Source of the DNA: Podarcis pityusensis
Lineage: Eukaryota
DNA length: 64,000 nt
Assembly (NCBI GenBank): GCA_964106645.2
Contig: OZ067039.1
Strand: one strand, 5' to 3'
Shown here: positions 36,583 through 64,000 of the stretch, one piece after another
How positions within the stretch are numbered: position 1 is the stretch's first letter
Layout: every line of letters starts with the position of its first letter
Notes under the pieces: model-generated
The model's input: the letters and a program-made list of their open reading frames with translations, nothing else
Database searches by the model: none
Told to the model about the DNA's origin: nothing
Position numbers and translations under genes: made by a program

Positions 36583-39500
36583 GTCTGATCATGGTGTGGG
36601 AGTGACAGATAACCACGGTGCTTTCCCAGTAAGAATTATGTTTTCCCATTCCTGTAATTATTTAAGGAAAAACAAGATACATGGCTGCATATTACATAGT
36701 TGACCAAATTTGACCTACAGTCTTTCCCTCTCTCCACTCCACATTTTTCTTCCTTCCCTGCTTCTCAGTTCTTCACAATCCACTATCTTACTTTTGTGTT
36801 CCTTAATCCTTTTACTGAAACTTCTAGTTTCTGTTTTCTTGGTCTGCAAAGTGGCACTGGATGTGTGAGAGAGAAGCCATTCATAATAAGTTGATGGACC
36901 TTGTAGAAATGGAGGTGCAGAAATGAAGCACAATAATGGTAAAAGAATTGAGGAAAGCAAAAAAGGTGGTTTGAAACTACTCACAGTCTTCTTCTGCACA
37001 GTCACCCAATGGGATGAAAAAGACCAGTGCTATTTTTCTAGAAAAAAGGTGCCTTGTTCTCTTATAATGGCAATAGCACATACCTGAGAGCTGCCAGAAC
37101 TGAGTTCTGGCAAGTTCTGGCCAGAAAAAAAGCCATGGAAAGACCTTTTTGGTCAGTGTCAACTAAAATGAGAGAAAATATTCAAAGATGGTACTACACA
37201 CCCATGAAAAGCCACAGGTTAAATTTTAGCTATGTTCCCTTTGTAACCTGATATCACACCTTGATTTGCTCATCCTTTGTCTCCCAGATTCTGCCTTGAA
37301 ACTGTCAACCAAAGCTAGTTTCTGACTTTCACCATTGTGACTTGCAATCCCTAAATTAGTGTCCCAATTCTCAGCTACAAACAATGCCTGTATGACAACC
37401 ACCACATATTAATTGAATTTTACCTCCCCTTTGATCCTCAGACAGGTCAGGCATAACAAATTAACCACTTAATCCCCAAACAAATCTAAATGCAAGAATT
37501 ACATTTTATACCATTCTCATGCTTTAAAACAAAAATATATGGCTTACATCTTGCTGCTGCTGCTAATTAATAAAATAAGTAAATAAATACTCTACATTTT
37601 CACATGGGGACTTGAGGTGGCTTACAGAAAAAAATGAGAACTGCTAAAAACATAGTAAAACAATAATTAAAAAACAATTGAACACTGATAAAATTAAATC
37701 TATATAAAATCTATTAAAACCCTACCAATAATGACAGTAAAACAGCATAGCACCAGCACTTTCGTTAAAAGCAGTCCATTCCCAAAAGCCTGTTGGTTAC
37801 AAGAAAATCTTCACCTGCCAGCAGAAGGACAAGAAGGAATTTAATTTTGAGTCGTAACTGCAACCTTCTTTGTGAACTGCTGATCGTGGAATATTACATA
37901 TATCAACTATCTGGAGAATTCCTAACATACAGGAAATAACTGGAAAATATTCAACATCAAAATCTGTATATGAGAAACCTGAGATTCAGCCTATTATTTT
38001 GTCTTACACAGATTTCTAGTTTCTCTTTGCTATGTTCTTACTGTTCCCATTTTCATGCCTTCATCTCCTATTCTGCAGCCCCCTTTGCACATATACTCCA
38101 TGCTGATATATGTTACTGTACAGTTAAGATGAACTGTGCAAGCCTGTCAGATTATTCAGCTAGAGAATGTTAAGTTCGGTTTATAGGTGCTGTATATATA
38201 TGTGTGCTTGCTTGTTAATAAAGTATCTCTTCTAAATTGCTATGTTGAATCTGGAACTTCATGTTAAACACAACACATGGTACCAGGAGTGAAATACATG
38301 ATTTCTGGAAGTTACAATAGAATATTTGCAGGCTTTGCTTCCATTATACCTCTTACATGAGGCAGCTGAATAATGGAAAGAGAAATTTAAAACAGCCATT
38401 GTTTTCCTGTCAGTGTGAAACACTGAGAGGGAAATTGTCTACCATTAAACAATGGTAGAGATTTGAGTAAAGCAGGTATAGAAGGATACTGAGGGTTTTT
38501 TAAAGGAAAAACCCCAAAGCAAACAACTTTAACGGGGGGGAAACAAAGATGGGTACAACACGGATGCTAACACCAATAGGCTAATGCAACATAGCCTTTC
38601 CCAAATTCCTTCTCACTGTACTCTGACCTTATTTGAAATTGCCACTCCCCCACCCCACCACGTCTATTCAAATATCTGCCATTGTTTCGAATCGCCACTT
38701 TCCCCCTCTGTTTTCTCCGTCCATTCTTTACTCACACCTCTGCTGTTGTTGTTGTAAACCACTACTTTCCCCCTGTGAGTGTCCCTTCCTCCTCCCTCCC
38801 AAGTGATAGCCAATACTGCTGTGCAACCTGCTTTCTCTTTTGCTCCACTATCCCACTGTGGCCATGAAAATCCAGGATTGTCATGCAGCACTACAAATCT
38901 TTCAATGGGGGCAATGCAACGACAGCCTTCCATTTGTATGTATAGGAAGAAAAGAGTTACTCTTAATTTACTGCAGACTCTGGCTTTCGTTAATCAGCTT
39001 TCTCTATGTATTCTGCAGCTCTGAATTTGAGTGACAGGGCCTTAGGGAAACTTAGGGAGGTCAGATTTCATGGTTGGCACAAAACGATCTGACAGACGTG
39101 TTTGGCATTCTAAGAATTTAAAAGACGAGACTCAGAAACTCAGCTGGTGCAAGACAGTATTACTCCAGTGGCATTCTCAAGACATTTATGTTTATTCATC
39201 ATAACAAAAGTGTTATATTCAAAGTAGCACTAAGGGGAACATTCCTTCAGCACAAAGATTTTTCCTTGCATAATAGAACATCCCCACCTCTTCTCCCCGC
39301 ACACTGCTAAGTCTGCTCTGGGAGTTCCCAAACCCTCTGAAGCAAAGATGGGGCTGGGGGGCACACAAGGGAGGAGAAGGGTGAAATCATTTTGTACAAT
39401 TATTTAATTGAATACACCCAAAGGGATATTCTGATTGTTTGAGCATACAATCTATAGTGCTCAATGTTATTCTTTTATGTATGAACAGTATTTTTATGCT

Positions 39501-39812
39501 ACCTTTACAACCAAAGTTTTCTGAGTGGCACACCTAAACATTGTTAAAACATAACAAACAATTACAGTATTAAGGCACAGTGTAGCATAGATTAAGCAAT
39601 ACAGTTAAATACAAACAGGCCTTAAAAACTTATAAAGCCAAAATTTCAAAATCCATTTAAAAGTCAGAGAGAATAAAAAGTCTCTGCCTGGCACCAGGTG
39701 TTGCCTCTCTGGGTGCTAACACAGAGAACCCTTTTTTCCTTATAGCCACATGCCAGATCTCACTTGGCAGTGGCACTCCAAAGAATGAACGACCTCAAAG
39801 TTCAGTTAGGAG

Positions 39813-39942
39813 CAGTGATTTTTCCAGGGGTACTCAAGGGTACACAGTACCGGCATCTTTGTTGTTGTTGAAAAGTGTGGCACTTACTTGTAACAACTTT
39901 ATGGCGAGTACCGGCACCTTTTTTTCTAGGAAAAAATCATTG
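39813..39942. mobile_element. hAT MITE (130 bp) with 8-bp TSD
   Basis: TIR CAGTGATTTTTTCC / GGAAAAAATCATTG; TSD GTTAGGAG at 39805-39812 and 39943-39950. Confidence 0.88.
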
Positions 39943-40013
39943 GTTAGGAGTAAATTATCCTTCACATAGCTTGACCGCAAGCTCTTTAGAGATTAAAAGG
40001 TCAAATAGGCCCA

Positions 40014-40058
40014 ACATTCATTCATTCATTCATTCATTCATTTATTTATTTATTTATC
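40014..40058. repeat. (CATT)n(TATT)n microsatellite, probably a retroposon tail
   Basis: Direct runs next to a minus-strand L2-like 3' end. Confidence 0.85.
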
Positions 40059-40439
40059 AATTATAATTAATAATTAATTAATTAAATTTGTATGCTGCCC
40101 TATACCCATAGATCTCAGGATGGTTCACAACATAAAATTGCAATATAAAAACACAAAATACATTATAAAAATAAGAACAGAAACAAACCAATAATCGCGC
40201 CTTCCACAACACATTTAAAAGGGCATCTGCACGTGGCAAGGTGGAATACAACATATAAAATCCACAAAGATATTCCTAGAAACATCATCAAATACTGATA
40301 GGATTCAAAAAGAAAATTCATGTTGTAAAGTCCTGTCTAAACAAAAATAATTATAATTGCAAAATATGTCTGAAGGAAGGGAGGGATTGTTTGTGGAAAG
40401 CCAGTAGTGTTGATAAAGAACTGGTGTAATATGCTCAAA

Positions 40440-41040
40440 ATGTTCAGTTAACAACCTTGCATTCTGATTTTAGAAGTTTCCAGGCCACTTTCGAAGGAAG
40501 CCCAATATGATGCATTACAGTAATCTAATCAGGAAGTTGCTAGAGCATGGATAACTGTAACTAGGTTATCCCCAAGTTGGGTCACAGCTCATTTGTCAGA
40601 TGCAACTGATAAAAGGCACTCTGAGTCACTGAGACCACTCGGGCCTTCAGTGACAATGTTGGATCAGTGCAGGGAAATACCTCCAGAACATGCTGAATAC
40701 CACTCAAATAGGAACATGAATCATCCACTAGCAATACCTTCATCATGTCTAGATTGAGTCTTAGTTTATAGTCTTTGATCTAGTCCATTACTGCATCTGA
40801 GCACTCAGAACACATCCTGCCTCTCCAGGATTTAATGAAAAAGAGAGATGGAGCTGAGTGTCATTTGCATATTAATGGCACCTTTGTCCAAATCTCCAGA
40901 TGATTTTGACCCATTTTCATTCAGATGTTAAGCAACGTGGAGGAACAGATGAAACACTAAAACATAATTTCCAAGTGGTCAAGAAGAAATCTTCTAGCAT
41001 CAATTCCAAGTCGTCCAAGTAGGAGTAGAATCACTGCAAA
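40440..41040 (-). mobile_element. Decayed L2 LINE fragment
   Basis: Minus strand gives degenerate HAL.TS.LDYCN and YANDTQL motifs. Confidence 0.6.
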
Positions 41041-42245
41041 GGAGAACTTGCGTCCATCATGGGCTGACTGAGTTCTAGCTGCGCAGCCCCACTCTCTTGT
41101 CTCAGAGAGCATCAGTGGGCTTTACTGCCTAGTAGGGCAATACCAAGGAAGAGCAACACCAAAGAAGACCAAGGATGAGTGCCAGCTGATTCACCCTGGC
41201 ATCATGAGGACACCATATCATTTCTGTTCCTGTACCAGACTTCAATGTCATTTTTATTGTGATAATCTTTTGTAAACTAGTTTGAGAGCCTGTGAGGGTA
41301 ATAAAGTGGGATAGAAATGTTCTAAAAATAAAATAAATAAGTAAAATATATAATCATAGCTCATCTGTATATACTCTGTTAAACAGAAGATTCATTGCCC
41401 CACAATGAGGCACAGCGAATTGCAGAAAAACGGCAGGAGCCAGGTGGCACTTTTAAATGTATTTCATCCAAAATGTATTTGGGGGTTAGACCAGATGACC
41501 CTTGGGATCCCTTCCAACTCTACAATTCTATTATTCATCCTTCCCATAAGCTTTAGATTTGACCTTCAGAAAAATGATCTATCCTTCTTGTTACTTTAAA
41601 TTAGCACCCAGAAGCAAATGGAAATTTTTGTTGTGCTATTGTCTTGTTTCCGACTCACAAGGATTTACTGCTTTCTGAAGAGCACAGAGAAATTCATATA
41701 GATTATCTCAGACATGGCATCTCCAATATGGCACTTGTAGGTATCACAGCTCTCTCAAACATTCCCCTTGGTGCCCCCTAAGTGCTGCCCTTCCTTTAAA
41801 AATGGGCTCCCTTGGAAGGAAGAGTGGTGTATAAATTCAATAAAGGAAGGAAGAGTTCTTTGTGGTTTTGATTTTTTTTTTTTTTTTTGGTTGAGATAGG
41901 ATTGCCTTGCTTTCTTTTATGTTTCGTTTGTTTTTCTTTTTTTGCTGGATAGGTGTTTTGCTTGGGATTTATTTTATTTTATTGTAGGTGAGGATTCTGA
42001 GCCCACAACAGTGTCTTAGATTCCCATTTGTGCCTCTTGCCCAGAAAAATGGAGGACCCCAATCTTAGATATACGCAACCACCTTGTATAATAGACCGGT
42101 ATTATAGTATAGTATAATAGGCAGCAGGCAGGGGATACTGAGACAGAGATGGTACTTTGCTGAAACGTGCACTCCCTGCTTTGGGGTTTGATGCTTCAGT
42201 GCACTTCCCTCATTGGTGTTTGAAGCAATGTACACATGATCATAT

Positions 42246-42335
42246 CATAGCTGTCAACTTTTCCCTTTTCTTGCGAGGAATCCTATTCGGAATAAAGGAA
42301 TTTCCCTTAAAAAAGGGGAAACGTTGACAGCTATG
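42246..42335. mobile_element. Minimal hAT MITE (90 bp) with 8-bp TSD
   Basis: TIR CATAGCTGTCAAC / GTTGACAGCTATG; TSD GATCATAT at 42238-42245 and 42336-42343. Confidence 0.92.
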
Positions 42336-42612
42336 GATCATATAGTCCCTTGAGAAATAATGCTGTCTGATGCATTTCCCCTCAAACCAGCTCCTGTCTG
42401 ATTTGAAAACATAAGCCACAGTTAAGTTGAGGTATGTACATTTGGGACATCCATTGTGCGTGTGCAGAAGAAGCGCATTGCAGGCATGGGGAAACCAAAT
42501 AGGGAAAATGCATCTGGTAAAGATATCCCTGCCTTGTCTCTGATGTGTATGGCAAGTGGAAATGTAACTTAAAGGTGGGGTGGGTGGGTGATTACTTTGC
42601 TACACTTTCAGC

Positions 42613-42785
42613 CAGTGCTTTTTTCTGGGGGGATGCAGGGGTACGCATACCCCTAAACATTTTGTGAAGCTTTGTACTTTTGTCCATTTACTGTAATTAT
42701 TTTTCCCAATTTGAACTATAAAATGGTGATTTTCTTGATTCAAAATGAGAGTACCCCTAAACATTTTTTAAGAAAAAAAGCACTG
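42613..42785. mobile_element. hAT MITE (173 bp) with 8-bp TSD
   Basis: TIR CAGTGCTTTTTTCT / AGAAAAAAAGCACTG; TSD CTTTCAGC at 42605-42612 and 42786-42793. Confidence 0.92.
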
Positions 42786-44162
42786 CTTTCAGCCACTAAT
42801 GTGTACATAGCCTAAGACTCTGCTGCTGCTGCTGCAGCTGCAGCACACAGATCAAATTCATTTTGTAAGCAGAGCACACATCCTACCTTTTTCCCTAACA
42901 GGGACTCAATGCAGCTTACCACAAAAAAATTATTTCATTCCATTTATCTGTTGAAGGTCGTATACACGATCACTTCCCTCGCACGTTTTTTCTTTACAAT
43001 AATCTAGTGAGGTAGGTTTGGCGGAGAGGTTGCAGTTTGCTCAAGGTGACAGGTGTGTATGTGTATATGACATCTTTATGTGCAGTGAGATCAAAATGCA
43101 GGAGATGCAGACTAGAACATCCCTGTTTTCATCTGAGAAACACTGGAAGGTATGGGCTCAACCCATGATAGATGAAAGCATCATACTAAAGGATAAATGT
43201 CATATTTTATTATCCCTGCTTACTTCCAAGATGCTTTGATATTTATCTTCTGTATTCACTTTGCTGGTGTTTTGAAAGGTGTTTTTTTTAAAAAAAAAAT
43301 AAAGTTGAAGTTCTTTTCTCATCCTGACTGACTTTCTTTGGTGAAGAACCAATATATTACAAGTTTTAATGGGAGTTCCCCCCTCTCCACCAGAAAATAT
43401 TTATTTTGCAGCTTAATCTAAGAACGCTGTACCTTTTTTTGTTCTCTTGTGAAATTTCAAAACATGCATGCTTGTCATTATCTGATGAGGAAAGACTTAC
43501 TAATCACTGTTGAATAACTTCACTGGATGTAACAGTTTGTGTCACTGTTTGTGGTCACTGTTTTTAATATTGTATTTTAAATTGTTGTAACATGCCTTGG
43601 GGCCTTAGGGTGAAAGGTGGGTGAATCATCATCATCATCATCATCTGTAGAGTAGAGCTGACTGTACACAGCTCAGTCAGGCATTTGAAGTTGTTTTACT
43701 TTAGGGATACCTGTTCAAATGTTTAAATTTGTGAGTACTAATCCATTTAATTTGTCTCAAATGTGACTGAAGCAAAGGGAAACCAAGTGCTTGATCCACA
43801 AACCACTTAAGCTTCCCTGCTTGGATTTTGGACCACCATCCTAACCATGTCTAGCTAGAAATAAGTCCCAGTGACTCCCAAGGAAATGAATTTAGGATTA
43901 CAGACTTAAACCACCTAGCCCAGAATAATCCAACTGGAGTAAAAAAGGGACTTCGCCATTCAAAACTGTCTGACTCAAAAGAATGGTAACAATAAGATCT
44001 ATACTGACTTCTCCTCCAGTTCAATAATTATACTACTGAAATTAAGAAAGCTTTGGTTAGCCAGAAATTATGATGTACATGAAATGCTATGAAAAGAATA
44101 GTACTGTATAGAAAAGCAACGCATAAAATCTTTTTTGTCAACTTGCAAAGGAATCTACAATC

Positions 44163-44168
44163 TTTATT
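44163..44168 (-). terminator. Gene C polyadenylation signal AATAAA
   Basis: TTTATT on + strand ~90 nt past the stop, in a context homologous to gene B. Confidence 0.85.
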
Positions 44169-44257
44169 TTCTAGAAACTGAACAATGATAATTACAAAAG
44201 TGACAAAGAGCTTCACATTTTGCGCTTCTCTTTAGTCACTACAGCTTTTGGTTGAGC

Positions 44258-63797
<19,540 letters not shown>

Positions 63798-64000
63798 CTG
63801 TTGATGAAAGGTGGGACAAGAAACCAATAGTCAAGGGGAAAGTCTCTCAACAATGGGTCAGAAGTGGCTAACATTTTTTGCCTGAAGCCACATTTACTCT
63901 TGGTCAACCTTGCAGGGACTGCATGCTAGCCAAATATGTGGCTAAAAGTAGCTGTGGCCATCCTACTACACTCTTGCACACACATTGTTGCATACACACA

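Overview
Eukaryotic vertebrate DNA, inferred to be a squamate (probably a lacertid lizard) from its repeats. It is part of the tandem fast-skeletal myosin heavy chain (MYH) cluster, with three head-to-tail genes on the minus strand. Gene A (exons 1-11, runs off the left edge) has MYH13-type (extraocular/superfast) residues and sits at the 3' side of the other two. Gene B (CDS 12281-33448) is complete: 38 coding exons, 5817 nt, 1938 aa, plus two 5' non-coding exons, promoter and polyA signal. Gene C (exons 7-40) lacks its 5' end. Introns and intergenic DNA hold L2, CR1 and BovB-type LINE fragments, tRNA-derived SINEs, Tc1/mariner-type and hAT MITEs with intact TSDs, a solo-LTR-like insertion and microsatellites. 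Most notable: (1) a mosaic of intron-spanning gene-conversion tracts between B and C that stop at motor loops 1 and 2; (2) a shared intron patch between the MYH13-like gene and B; (3) the lever-arm hook WPW is WAW in B and WSW in C; (4) a very short loop 2 in C; (5) a 91-nt exon flanked by an AAG acceptor and a GC donor. I found no evidence of a wholly new gene system. Comparisons to human proteins and repeat families are from memory and need checking.
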